Shown one piece after another: positions 14,531 to 29,960 of a DNA stretch of 64,000 nt. Position 1 is the stretch's first letter; each line of letters starts with the position of its first letter. The DNA comes from the human T2T-CHM13v2.0 reference genome, Homo sapiens. Location: the NCBI RefSeq assembly GCF_009914755.1, contig NC_060938.1. One strand, 5' to 3'. The translations under genes were made by a program, and so were the position numbers. The notes under the pieces were generated by a model, which was given only the letters and a program-made list of their open reading frames with translations, was not told the origin of the DNA and did not search any database.

Positions 14531-14825
14531 CTTCTTTTTATTTTTGAGAGAGGATCTTTCTCTGTCACCCAGGATGGACTGCAGTGGCACCATCACTCAC
14601 TGCAGCCTTGGCCTCCTTGGAGCTCAAGCAATCCTCTCACCTCTGCCTCCTGAGTAGCTGGGACTACAGGTGCACATTACCATGCCAGGCATATTTCTAA
14701 ATTTTTTATAGAAGTGGGTTCTTGCTATATTGCCCAGGCTGGCCTCAAACTCCTGGGCTCATGTAGTCCTCCTGCTGGACCTCCCAAACTGCTGGGATTA
14801 TAGGTGTGAGCCACTGCACCTGGAC
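14531..14825 (-). mobile_element. AluJ-like inserted at the MaLR LTR/internal junction
   Basis: Alu body; TSD gtaccaattttc (14519-14530) and gtacaaattttc (14828-14839). Confidence 0.95.
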
Positions 14826-14880
14826 GAGTACAAATTTTCTATCTTAGTTTGTTTGGGCTGCTATAAAAATTAGGGTACTT

Positions 14881-15211
<331 letters not shown>

Positions 15212-18200
15212 TAAAGTTCTGGAGGCTGTGAAGTCCAAGATCAAGGTGCTGAAAGTTCAGGCTGTGGTAGTACCCACTTTCTGATTCCTAGATGATGGCT
15301 TCTTACTATGTCCTCACTTAGTGGAAGTAGCAAACAAGCTACCTTGAGCCTATTTTATGAAGGTCCTAATTCCATTTATCGGGGATCCAACCTCATGACC
15401 AAATCACCTTACAGAAGCCCCACCCCTTGTCAAACTGAGAGTTAGAATTTCAACATATAAATTTTGGGGGGACTCAAACATCCAGACCATAGCACATGGT
15501 TTTAATGAGAATGACATATTCAGACATCACTTGCTAGCATCTTATTGCAATTTACTTCCTTACTTCATTTTCCAAGCATTATATCTAACTGGTATGAGAG
15601 AAATAGAACCCAGGTCTAAGGGAACAAGAAGAACATTAGGTCAGAAATTCTGTTAAGAAGGTCAGCTCATTGGAAAGGGTTTATTTGTTCAGTAAACACT
15701 GTTGATACTACTATAAGTACTCTATGAATTCTGGTGACAAAAAGTGGAATACTTTTCAGTTCTTGCCATATAGAGAGATTGTAGATTAGAAAAGGATTAA
15801 AGACAGATTAAATGGAGGTTAAATTTAAAGAGTATTCAGACGAAACTAAATAATTTTGAGTTATTTTTAAGAAGCACAACTCTGAGCAAGTCATTCACTT
15901 CACACTGTTATATCAGTTATCCATCTGCCAGTGGTTGAACTAGATTTTAAGTTGATACTTCCATGGTATAAATGAATATTTATAAAGGGAATGGCAAAGG
16001 ACTACCAAGAAGAAAGGAGGATTATAGACTGAAGTGATACTAAATGCAGAGGCACAGGGACATAATCAGACTGTCCTCATTTTATCAATACTGCACACTT
16101 GAAAGAAGAATTCACAAAAGGAAGCTTTTTTTTTTGTTCTATCAGAGATTTAGTTATTGAAATACCTAATGATATTTATTGTAGGCTGATTGACCCATGA
16201 GAAGTCATAGGCCATGACCCAAAGAAAGTAAGATGCTCGAAATCTTTAAATATGTGTCAAGTAATCATGAGAAAAATGTATAAAATATTTCTTACAGTAG
16301 CCTTCCTTTACAGAACACATCTTAGCACATAATAATAAACTTGATTTATTATGTTTAGTACTCTTGTATTTTTAACTACACTACTAATGGCCTTTCCTTA
16401 TACATTTCTTATACAGGTTTGCTGCTTATTTACATATGCCAGCTATAATTCTAGCATTAGCTAAATTTGTTTAATTAATTTGTGTTAAAATCATGTAAAG
16501 AAAATATACTATATCTCTGAACATATACAATATATTATTATTGTTATAAATATACTGCATATTCATATTTAAGTTGATAATTGTGGAACTGGTTTGATAA
16601 TTCAATGGGGGATAAAATATTTTTCTAAGTGGACCATTTTTCTTGTGAGCTAATTGGAGAGGTCTTTTTATTGAGGTAGTCATACTTATCAAAGGTTGAA
16701 ATTTCTTCAAGGAAATATGTGGTATAACCAAATACAAACAAGAATAATCCAAAAATTAAAAGGTAACAAGATATAAGCCTTGTAGTGTGAATAAAAGCTA
16801 GTACTAAAAATGATCCAAGTAATTAAAACGATTGTCAACTTTATAATAAGGATTAGTGGGTAAATTATGCCAGTGTGGGGTTTGGATGGAAGGAATATGC
16901 ACAATACATGCATGCATGCATACATATATACACACATACAATGCATATGGTAGCTTAATATTTTTAGCTAATTAAAAAAATTACTTTCAGAATAGTGATT
17001 GTAAATTGAAAGTTACTCAATTTAACTGTAATAACTGACAAGACACCAACTGACATCAATCTCTTCAGAAATAATTCTGGCATAGTAACACACTCACGTC
17101 ACAAGATAAAGATGAAGGATAAAGAATTCAAATGTGGAAGGAATGAGATAGACTATGTCTAATATCTTTCCTGGTCTTCTATTTTGGAAACAGCAGTATC
17201 TGTTGTAATTCCAATAAATTCTTTATTTGGGAAAATCTTACATACCAATTTAATATAAAAGGTCTTTTAATTAACTTGAAGATAGCAAAAGCAAAAAGAA
17301 AAGAGAAGAAGGAAGTAGAGGAGAAGAAAGAAGTTATCCAAGTATGTGTTGCCATTTTCTTCTTGGTGCTATAAAACACAAATTCTAAAATTTGGAGCTG
17401 ATGAAAATGGACACATGTGGCCAGATGGGCTCAATTGCTTGCAAAGCTCTGAGCACTGTAGGACTCCTTTTCTCACTGTAATCCTTTTCTCATGAAGCCA
17501 TAGGTATTACAGACCTTGACTGGTGAAAAAGGCCCTTACTGTTGTTAAAATCAGACACTAAGTTTTTATAAGGACTCCCATTTTCCTTAGATTCAAAAGC
17601 AATATCTAAAAGAAAGCAATAAAGAGAGAGAAAAAGAGTAAGTTAATAATAATAATAATAAAGCATCGTAGCACAAACTGTATTTCCTCTATCAGGAAGA
17701 GCAAACACAAATGGTGCACCCTTTCAGAGGACCATTTTGATTCTTGTTATTTTACATTCATTTATATACAAAGAAAACATGCCTATTTCAAGCATAAAAC
17801 CTGAGAAATATAGTACAGCAAATAGACTTCAGAGCTGAGAATACGATAGGAAGAGTGCCGCTGTTCTTTCCAGAGAGTAAAACACACATATTATGTCAAA
17901 ATGTTACATTTTACCTGGTCAATCAATAACCCCTAATATAATCTAGGCACCTACTCTCTGGGTCAGTTTGATGTAACGTATCTGGAGAATTTCACTCTGG
18001 GGTCTCTACTTACGTCTACCTGAAATGTTTTTTACATTTTCAAATGATGTTATTCAAAGGGAGTCAAAGATTAAAAGCTCGTTTCATGAGGCATTTAATT
18101 TAGGTAAGTCAATCAGCCAAGAAAAAACAAAACAGAACAAACCAAATTGCAAATTGTGGGGAAGAATCCTGCCTTCTTTGGCTGGCATCACAGATGGTCA

Positions 18201-19714
18201 AACAAAACAAAGTTTGAACACTATGGTTCATGTTTTCAGAAAAAGATGGACAGTGGGACACATTTCTGTAACTTCCATCCTTTAATATGTGGACCAGCTG
18301 AAAAGCAAAACAAACAAAAACAAAAGCAAAATCGTGCTGCAAATGCTTTGAGTCTGTTATTTAAGGACAAAAAAGTACAACCATACTGTGTTGATATTCA
18401 GGGAAAATATTTATTTTGTATAATGTTGCATAAATAGAGTTGTAATTATCCCTAGTAGATCACTGAACTACTAGTGAACACCAATATACAACCGATGCAT
18501 GTGAGGAAACAAAATCAAATTTAAAAGAAACCTCTCATGAAGACTAAAGCTGTTTATTACTAACAGGATAATAGTAATGGAATTAGAGAACTCTCGCATT
18601 GCAAAAACTAGATTATACTTCCTAAATGTTCTTAATTTTTAAAAAATACAAGAATGCATTCTTTTTGAGTTTGTTTAGTTTGCTTTGGTGTTAGATCATC
18701 TGCTAATTGTGTTGACTTTTAAATTCATTTTTTTTCAAGTTAAAAAAAATCATGTGCTTGACAATTTTGAACTTTTGGTGACTGTAATAAAGTATTGTAC
18801 AAAGTTAACAATATTCTTTGAAGTTTAAATGCCACTAAAAAGACACTTTTATAAAATATAGAAGTGTGCTATGGCATAGACATTTATGCTCTGTTTTGTT
18901 TCATAAATTTCCAGGCCAGCATTTTCTGATTTTTATTTCCAAATTCATAAATTTTCTACTCTCTTCCTTGGTTAAGCATTCTCAGTAGTTTGTAATAGCA
19001 ATACATTAAATATTTGAGTTTATTCATGAGCAAACTCTCCATAGACTAAAAAGGAACTATGAGTGCTAATGTTGACTTCCCAATTACTTTTTTTCCTAGT
19101 AAGTCCTGGGCTTTTCTTTAGGTTTTAATTAGCAAGGCAAATGTGAATAAGAGTGGCAGACCTCTCTTGTCTCCAAAGAGGAGTGGCAGACCTCTCTTGA
19201 CCCCCTCCTGCCTCCTCCAGCTTCCAGGTTAACAAAAGGAAAATGAGTTAACCAAACATGTCTTCCAAAGAATGAGAGAACTGCCAGGATATTCCCGAAA
19301 TTCAAGCTAAGAACCATTTAAAAGCAAGGATCAAGTGAAAAAGCTTAAATTAAAGGTATATTTACATTGAATAAAGTTTTGTTTCCATCATTCAAATATT
19401 AGGTCTGAAGTTTTTTAACTTTTTACATTATAATTTTCATGATATCTATTTTTGCCATCCTTCTTTCTCTAACTCCTTTCCTATTCGTAGGTATCGACTG
19501 AGCTGGTGACAGTGCAAAAATAAAGTTAAAAATAATCAGCTGAAATTTTTCATGAAGAATATGTTTGTTCCTTTTTTCAAATGCCATCAACATGAAAGCC
19601 ACAATACATGTCTCTTCTGTGTCAGCTCACTTTTAAGGACTAAGTATAGAGTTAACATTCTGATTCTATACACTCGAAACCCTAGAAACATATGATCGAT
19701 AAATAGATGGATTT

Positions 19715-19760
19715 TAAATAGATAGATGATAGATGATAGATAGATAGGTAGATAGATATT
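19715..19760. repeat. Degenerate (GATA)n tetranucleotide repeat
   Basis: 'atagatagatgatagatgatagatagataggtagatagata'. Confidence 0.85.
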
Positions 19761-20179
19761 CAGACGACAGATTTTACCTGTTAATCTTAAACGATTATTA
19801 ATTTCCTTTTTCCTACCCATAATTAAATAACCAGTTGTTTTCTCTTCTATGTATGTGGAAGATATTTTTATGCTTAGGCAAATTATTTTGCAGTGTTTAG
19901 ATGTACAATCCTTGCTTTCTCTTCTTGTTTTCATTCTAGGGACTCTAAACATGTCACACATCTGTATAATGATATATTAAATTTTATCCCCATTGATAGT
20001 ATCATGAGCTAAATTTGAAATTCATTACTCTTCTTATTGGTCATAAAAATAATTAAAAAGTCAAAAGCATTTGCAAAATGTTTTAAATTCCTAAGTAATT
20101 CACTTCTGTGAGTTAACTTTTTTCCTCTTCCATACTAAGTAACTATACCCAATACTTATTAGTAAAAGCTGGGAAACTA

Positions 20180-20330
20180 ACCTTTATTAATGCTGATATC
20201 CATCTACCAGATACTAGGTGCTTTACGCGCACTGTTCACCTAATTTAATCATCAGAGCAACTCATTTGACAAAAGAGGAAAGTGAAGTTCAGAAGTGTTA
20301 ACTTGCCCAGATGACACAGCTACTAATTGT
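20180..20330 (-). mobile_element. MIR
   Basis: 'aaaagaggaaagtgaagttcagaagtgttaacttgcccagatgacacagctac' is the MIR core. Confidence 0.7.
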
Positions 20331-20577
20331 CAGTCTTTATTTGTACTTAGTTTCCCCTATCCCCACGCCTGTGTGTGTGTGTGTGTACTCTTTAATTTCA
20401 ATATGGTAATTAGATGGAAACTGAAATTTAGTATGTATTCTTCATGTATTAGGATGCTTTATTTTCTTACTTATGTAGCTTTTTAAGAATCATGTGATAG
20501 AACTTAATATATTATTTCCTACTGAATTTTTCTAGTGACTAAGATTGTTAAAGTCAAAAGATATGTCAGTGTTCTGA

Positions 20578-20926
<349 letters not shown>

Positions 20927-20952
20927 TAATCCTCATTTAATTTTTAAGAGCA

Positions 20953-21241
<289 letters not shown>

Positions 21242-22539
21242 GTTTTAAGAGCATATTTAATTGAGGTTCAGAGTGACTGAATTCAGCACTCTTTGTAATA
21301 CTCCACCAACATCTTCTCATGTGTGTCAGAACTATATCCCTTATACTCATTTGTATATTAGAAGTGCATCATTCCTTGGCACATACAATTATGAGGATGG
21401 TTATTCTGATTATTACTTGTGATTCTGATTATTATTTAAGCAAACAGTGAAATTCTAGATGTGACATGGATTGTATATTATTTAGTTAATTCAGAGTGGA
21501 GCTAGAGAGTCTTACACAGGAGCAATACATATCTATGTGACATAGGTAACTGATCTCTTCATGTTTCTCTTTTCCATAAGAAAAATACTGATTTCATAGA
21601 CTAAGATAGAAGTTCTCATTCTCCACCTACCCTCCCATTGCCTAGCTATGGATAATCCAAAGCAAACAACCATCCATAATCTCATAGTTTTTATTTTTCT
21701 AACTCTAAAGGATAGAGATATGGAAAAGGCATCTTGTGTTGGTACGCTGCAGGAGAAGGCAATCTGAAGTGTGGAGAGAAAGGTGGGGGATGATGAAAAG
21801 GAAGGTAGATAGGGGAAATCCAGTAAAGAAGTAGCCCAAGTGGGATGGGAATTGGAGCAGCTCCCAAGGTAGACCTTCAAAAAGAATTTCTCATTTAAAG
21901 TTATCAGGCAATTTAAATTTAGCTTATCTGATAAGTCTCCATAATCCCTGGTGTATTTCTGTAAATTTGTGAAATCCTTGTCCTTGAAAAATGTGGTTCA
22001 ATGTTAATGTCTTATTGGGAGAGGCTGCACCAAGTTTGATATTCACATTACAAACTTCAGATTTGGAGATATTCATTTTTAGCACTATCTGGTAAAACAG
22101 GTTTTAAATATTAGTGCACACATCGATCCAGACAATAAAATGAAATCAGATACATACACCCTCATTTAATTTCAGTAGGAGATACATGTACAAACAGTTA
22201 CCTAAATGCACAAAATAATAGCATCCATTACCATCAAATCCCAAGAATGCTTTCTAACAGAAGACCTTTGGGAACCAGTGATTATGATGTCAGTTAAATG
22301 TCTAGGAGTAAAGGAAATATTAAGCACGCACACACGCGCACACAGAGAAAAGCCACTGAGGCTATAATCTTCTAGGAACAGGAAGTAAATTGTTTTCTGT
22401 TCAGGAATGTCAAGGAGTGTTAGGATATTTTTCACTGAAGTGTAATTTAAAGGCTACTTTCTCCAGAGAGTTTCAGAAAGTAATGTTCATTTGAGTTCAA
22501 TTTTGATATACTATTCCTGAGACATTTTATTATCTGTGT

Positions 22540-23240
22540 GTATAAATATATATGTGTGTATATTTTGACATGTTAGACTTTTAAAAGACTTGCAAAAGAG
22601 AGAGTGCCCGTATGCCCTCTACCCAGCTTTCCTTTATGTAAAAGTCTTACATAGCCACAGAATATTTATCAAAGCTACGAAATTAACTATTGTACAATAC
22701 TAAATTCACAAATGTATAGTCTTTTTTTTTTTAAGATTTCATTGGATTTTTAATGAATGCCCTTTTTCTGTTCCAGAATCCATCCCAGGATCCCATATCA
22801 AACTTAGTTTCTTTGTGTCTTCTTTGTGTCCTCCAGTCTGGGAGGGTTCTCTGACTTACACAGCCCGGATGTTTTCAAAGAGTACTGATTGTTTATTTTG
22901 TAGAGTATATAAAATAACATAGAGTTTTGGCAGATGAGAACATGGACATTTTGGCGGGGATACATTCTTCTGTATACTTCACAAAGTATTTGCTAGAGGA
23001 TATCACATTTCTGCCCACTAATTCTGCCTCCTAAATTTTTGCTAATTTGACTCCCATCGGAGGATCTAGCCTATGGCAGTTATTACAGTGGTGATCTAAT
23101 GGTGATTTTTTTTACTTCTATTATTATTTATCTTGTTGATCAAGTTATTCCAAATTTGGTCATTGGGATCTCTTTCAGAAGGACCCCTATATGTTTTCAG
23201 TATGCCCCTACTTTTTTTGAGCCCTTTCTTTTCTTTAAAG
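22540..23240 (-). mobile_element. L1MC-like 3' region
   Basis: 'gtatgccctctacccagctttcc', 'cctttttctgttccagaatccatcccaggatcccat', 'agagtactgattgtttattttgtag' resemble the L1MC4/5 3' end in antisense. Confidence 0.6.
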
Positions 23241-25509
23241 CACGTTCTTACTTTTTTGACACCACAAGATGATCTGGGTATAACTGTTCGTTTAACAAAA
23301 AGATAGCAACCATTTTAACTATGAAATATGCAAAATATGGAAGTTACTAGTATTACTAGTTAGATAATATAATTAAAAAATAGCACCAAAAATTATTTTC
23401 TAGAAAATATGCAGATTAATATTTTGTAAAAAACATATTTTTTGAAAAAGCATCTCTGTGTGTGATATGTAAATATATCACACATTATATATATCATTTA
23501 TATATATCATTTATATATATATATACATATATGTATCTCACGCAGTGAACAACATAGTTATCCAACAATAGAGGATTCACTGAATTGTATTTGATATAAA
23601 GACTTTAATATAAATATATTTTTTATAAATCAAATATATTTGATATAAATTCATATTTTCAGAGGAGGCAGGACATTTATAATATACTGCTTGGTGAAGA
23701 AGAGCAAGCTTTGGAATTCTCTACATATTGTGAGTTGTGAGTTACTTTCTTAAATCATAGGAAAAATGTCTGGAAAGTAACACATCAAAGTAATAATAGT
23801 TAGCAAGGACTAATTAATTTCAGGTGATTTTTACAACTATGTGATAACTTAAATAACTTATGTTACTAGTTACTAGATTGTTTCTAAATTGACAGTGTTT
23901 AAATAAATCTCAGTCTAAACAGGTATAAACTTCCCGTAAACTGCCATCATGCCATTATTGTCAATAAAATAAAATGGCATACAAGGCCATTACTTTTCTT
24001 TAGTGTTTTAAAAATGGCTTTAATGTGTCGTCTGAGGCAAAAAGAAAACACCACCCTCCTGCTCCCTTCCTCCCACATCCACCTCCAAAGCTGAAAACAC
24101 AGAGATGGATTTAAGGAAAATGATAAATCCTTTTTAGCTATGGAATAGCAAGAGAGAACTGAGAGGTGTCAGGTAAAACAGAGGGAAGGATGGCTATGAT
24201 CTTCAAATGCCACGGTTTGCAGATACTGTGTTTTCAACACTATTCTAAATATTCAGAGTACTCACCAATTTGATCAGTAGTGACAAGAAAAAAGTTTTTG
24301 GACCAGGTTCTCCATGTCATTTTGTAATTATTCATTCAAATATAAATACAGACACAATCTCCTCATTCTCTGTAGCCCTACTATCTTTTTGCAACATTCT
24401 CAGTAGAAGCAAGAATTAATTGCAACTGAGTAATTGTCACCAGGTTGTGTGGTGGGAGACAGAGACAGGGTCAAAAAAGAAGAACCACTTTTCTCTTTCC
24501 TGGGATGTCACGTAATGCCAGATACTTCCTCAAGTGGTGAATTTGTTTCAATTATCTAGCAAATCTTTCTCTCTTAGAAAGTGCCAATGAACAGTGAGTT
24601 AGGGGAAGCCTCACGTGGCTCTGCTAAACATTTGATTCAGTGCAGATTGTGTGACAGATGTGTTTCTCATTATTAAGAGATCTATCGTTTGAACATGCTA
24701 GGACTAAAATTTATCATGCAGTTAGTCTAGATCTATGGATTAGCTGCAACCTGAGAAAAAAATAAACTGGTGCTAAATTCCTAAGAAAGATAAATTATTC
24801 CTTGATTTCACTAAAGCACATTTATTGATCTTGCCAGATTTTTCGTTTCTTTTTTTGCATAGCTATTTTAATTTCATGATCTGTTCACAAGGAAACTTTC
24901 CTAGGGATGCACTGCATTAAAAATATATCATTATATTCTTTATCCCACTTCAAATCTGATACAGAACTAGAAAACAGGAAAAAATTAAAGAAACTCTTTA
25001 CTCACTTTTTTCTATGTATTATTAATGAATAAGGATAATTACTCTGAAGAATATCATATTAGTATCATTCAGTCATTCTCATATTTGAAAAGATTAATGT
25101 GCAGTTTTAAAGTACAATTGTGTTTTACTGCAATTGTTGCTGTGGCTTGCTTTCAAGATTTTAATTAGGCATTTTATCTTTACACTACAGTAGTACAGAT
25201 GTTTTTATAGTGAGTTATCATTCAATCTCACCATAAACTAGGGAAATGTTGATTAGTCTACATAAAGATTAATTTTCAAAATCAGGTATATATTTGATCT
25301 TTAACATTTGGAATGTGCTACTGTTTCACAATAAAAATGTCACCTTAAAATATTAACTTTCAATCATCTGAGTTCAGAACTCTCTCTACATATATGTTTT
25401 GTATTCTACTATCTCATTATCATATCAAACCCAAATAAGAAACCCTAGTGGGACAGGCTTTTCTAAGAAGAGCTTTTCCCTATCATTTCTGTCTCTCATT
25501 CTCTCTCTC

Positions 25510-25650
25510 CATACATATATACATATTTATGTATATATACACACATATACGTGTTACACATATATTTGTGTATACATACCCACACATACATAAATATACA
25601 TGTATATATGTAAAATACATACATATATATATAAACACACACACACATAC
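25510..25650. repeat. (TA/CA)-rich low-complexity repeat
   Basis: Alternating purine-pyrimidine tract 'atacatatatacatat...acacacacatac'. Confidence 0.85.
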
Positions 25651-25793
25651 AAAATTCTTCACCTTAAGAACAAAATTTTTGTAAAATGCTACATGGAATA
25701 GTTATTTATACAAAATACTAAAAGCTTTGTTGAACAGAATCAAATCACAAACTGATAATGGGATCATCCACAAGTTATTATATAAAAAAACTA

Positions 25794-26055
<262 letters not shown>

Positions 26056-26494
26056 CCCCTAAGAAATTTATATAATTAACAAATATGAAGATATATATAT
26101 ATATACACACATATATATTTTTATATGTGCATATATGTCAAAGGAGAAAGACAGTTTTGATATTTAGTTCCAGTTCTTTCTCACCTAGAAAATTATAACA
26201 ATTCTTAGCAAATATAACACAGGTAATGGTTTTGTATCTTCTGGATTTCTCTTTCACTTTATTCATGGTCTGCAGACTTTCTGTCTTTTCCATGGCATTC
26301 TTCTCTCATAGCATTCTGTTCTGGGAAAGTCTTATTCTTTTTATAAAGCATCCATCATCATCTGCATCTCTGCATTGTGACTTATCAAATGCTGAAAATT
26401 CACATTAGGTACAATCTTCATAAATCAGTTTTGGTAGACTTGCTTTTTCATGCAAATGCTTAGTGCCTGCTTCACTTATTAATCATGATGTGAT

Positions 26495-27200
26495 GTATAT
26501 TTATTCATTGTAAGACATTTTATTGAGTTCCTCAAAGTCCGAGGCACCATTTTCAGTACTGAGGACAAATCGGTGAAAAAGAGAAACAAGATTTGTATTT
26601 TAGTGGGAAAGATGGAGTAATACCAAGTAATTTCATGTAATGAGGAATCTTCAGAAGACAGTAAAATAATGTGATAGAATCAGTAGCTAAGAGGGAAACA
26701 AGGAGTGGGGGGACCATAACATTACATAATCTGAAAATTGACTGAAAAGGAGGTCTGGATGATGATAACGAGAACAGCATTCTAGATGGAAAAGCATGTG
26801 CAAAGTCCCTGAGGTGGGAAAGAGAGGAGGACAGTGTCTCTAGAAGGTAATGAATACATGGGAGAATGGAGTTGAAATCAGAGAGGTACAGATCTACAGG
26901 TACAGTTCCTACAGTGCCTTGTTGACTCCTCTGCACCCTTTGGATTTGATTATAACAACAATGGTAATAGTCTTAAGCAAGGCAGTGTTGTGATCTGAGA
27001 CATATTTGTGAAAGACCCTTTCCCAGTGAGAAGCACTTAGGGAACTGTTGCAGGAGATAATGGAAGTAAAGCCACTAAAACAGGCTGATGAGTTGATCAG
27101 AAATTATAAACTAAAAGAAGAGGACAATTCTTTTTGTTTGTTTGTTTTCCTAAGCAATTGAGTAGATAGTGGTGCCAAGACAGAGAATATCAAGATTATG
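26495..27200 (-). mobile_element. L2 fragment
   Basis: 'ttattcatt...acattttattgagttcct', 'gaacagcattctagatggaaaagcatgtgcaaagtccctgaggtggga'. Confidence 0.75.
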
Positions 27201-27619
27201 TCTGTGTTTTTAGCCAGGTAGTTTTCTAGGATTATCTTACATATGATCCCTTTGCCACGATCTGCGTTTCTCATACTTCATTGAAGAAAGTGCATGCTTA
27301 ATTAATTTGAGTGGGAAGACACTTTATTGGGGGTGTAAGAAATTTTAAATACCTAAATAAAATTTATTCTCTGTGGAAAACAAAAAAAGGGGTACCATTA
27401 TATTACTTTATTGAATCACAATTACAAATACTGCTCCAATCTACCAGTAATACCAATAATAGAGCAGCTTAAGTTGTTTCTGTTTAAACATATAAGATCC
27501 TATATCAAGTAAGCACTTGGAATAATATTTTTCATGGCAATTGAAAGTCTTATTCATTCAAATGATGGCATCTCATTCATTTAAATATTGACAGTACACA
27601 AAATGACCAAGTATAAGAA

Positions 27620-27795
27620 TTATCTAAATTCAAATACTGGTGCCACCAGTCTAGCTGTTTGACTAGGGGCAAGTTAATTAATTCAGTTTCACTTTCATCA
27701 GCTGTAAAATGGTATCTATCTTATATGGTTATTTTGAAGATTGACTGAGTGCACACTCATCCATGTGAAGGGCTTAAAATTGTGCATGCAGGAAG
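27620..27795 (+). mobile_element. MIR
   Basis: 'ttcaaatactggtgccacc...ctagctgtttgactaggggcaagtta...catcagctgtaaaatgg'. Confidence 0.7.
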
Positions 27796-29734
27796 AACTC
27801 ATCAGGCATTTGCAGCCCTTATAGTTTTTATGTCATTATCTGTTTTGATTGGGGATTGTCTGCAGACATAGGCAATATTGGTTAGCCCTGACCATGTCAT
27901 AATGTGTGATTGAATAGGTTCATTCCTCTTTTTATTTTCATGTACATATGAATATATGAGAATATATAAGTATATATTCATATTCCTGTATGAATCCTTA
28001 GAGAGAATGAATAATTATTAAACAATTAATCAGATGTTACAAGTATCACCATAGGCAATGGCAACTCACTCAGCTTTGAAAATGGACTCACGGTGTAAGT
28101 TTTAATCATCAGTTTAGGGAGGGGAAAAATATAAAATTTTCTAAATTTAGTGAAAAAAATTGCTTAAAAGTCATTTATATTAATCTTTTTATTCAAAGGT
28201 CCTGAGTAAAAATAAAATTATGATATTCATGTCATTGGAATGCTATGGGACTCATATGTGGAAAGATACATAAAATATTAATCCCAATGCCCAGGCACAC
28301 AAAAAGAATTTGTTAAATATTACGCCTTTGGTATTGTTATGATGGAAAAAGCAGAACACTTACAAGAGGTAAATCCAGGTCTTGGCTTTACTACTAACTG
28401 TGCTTTGAAGAAATTTGATCATGTTTAAAATCCTACCCAGAGTGCTGTTTTTCCTTTGCACAAATGAGGGTTTGGGGAGTAACAGTATCATATTATTACA
28501 AAAATAAGTTATACTTAACGGCACACATTTTTGTAACTTCATGGTGAAAAATAGATGAAGACAGTCTAAAATAGAGACTTAGTAACTAAAAACATTGAGA
28601 TTTGTCTACATTACATTTTTTTAAATGGCAGTTCATGCTATACTTCAGTAAAGAGTCTAAAAAGTGCCACAGTAAGGGAACCTTTAAATTTGCCTAACAT
28701 AGCTTTCCACGACATATTTGACTACAAGCACTCTTTATTTCAAAGACCCTTATGAACAACCTGAAGCATTATTACTTGAAGGAACAAAGTCTGAGAGACA
28801 CAAATATAGATAGCATATTATTTACATCGACTTGGTTATCCAATGGAGATTAACATAAATGACCAACTCTTGAAAGACTATGTCTATTAGATCAAAATAC
28901 TCTAAATGACTGTGCTAACCTATGGGTGCTGTGCACATATCAAGCTCTGATTGTTTTTTTAAAGACTGTAGAATAACTAAGATTCACATGGGGATTTTTC
29001 GCTCTTAGTTTTGTGGTTAAAAAATATTAAAAATCTATGGCACAAGATAAAAGTCTATTTAATGTCCAGAGTTAAAAGATATTACTGAATTAATGTCCAC
29101 TTCTGATGATTAAGGGAATCTCACACTTATATGTGGGGCCACAGCTCTTGTCTAGCAGTTGAAATGTGTCATATTGTGTTATCTCATATATATCCGCTAA
29201 ATTAGATTTATAAGTCCTTGGGATAACAATCTGTATATTAAAGTTAATAACTTATATGCACTTTCTGGCTCCTATTTTATCTCCATCACATGTAGAAGAA
29301 ATTTCTCCATGGAATATTTAGCTGAAATTTCTCCATGGTATATTTAGTTGAAAACAGGATAGGATCTCAGTCCACCAGTATATTTATATTTTCACTTATA
29401 TGAACAAAGGCCTTATGAACTACCTTATACTTTCTGTGCCCTTCTGACAAAAAGAATGGTTGCCTTGAATATAAAATTTGAAAAAAAGAAAATTTTAAAT
29501 ATGAATGTTAGAAAAATTGATCTTCCGATCTTGATATTACTAATTTGTACAATATAGTCTAAATATATTCTAAGCAATGAATTTCTGAAGGATGACATTT
29601 TGGAAACTCTAGTTTGAAACAATCATCTTTATTTTATTTTGTTGGATGATCTAGGTAGATGAAGATTAGAGTTTTGAAGAAGAATAATTAGTTTAGAAGT
29701 TGGTAGCATATCAGAACCCAGGCATTAATATAAT

Positions 29735-29960
29735 TTCATTGATTCCTTTCCTATTTATTGAATACCTACCATGTGCCAGGAACTGTGTCAAATACTGGGA
29801 CACAAAGATGAAGAGGAATGACTCTCCAGGAGCTGTCCCTGTGGTCACATGAGGAAGGCATGCACTGAGCCAGTAATGATAGATATAACTGCCTTTTTAA
29901 AAGAGAAAGGGCAGGGTATAAACAAAGCATAGGAAGTTTTAGAAAAAAGTGTTTGAGGGG
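29735..29960 (-). mobile_element. L2 3' fragment
   Basis: 'tatttattgaatacctaccatgtgccaggaactgtg...tactgggacacaaagatgaa'. Confidence 0.7.

Noticed and set aside
17914-18020. Possible minus-strand exon (tttcag|...ccag|gtaaaa)
   Set aside because: Almost no polypyrimidine tract and stops in all three frames.
27946-27984. 12-bp inverted repeat atatgaatatat/atatattcatat
   Set aside because: Low-complexity AT sequence; expected by chance.
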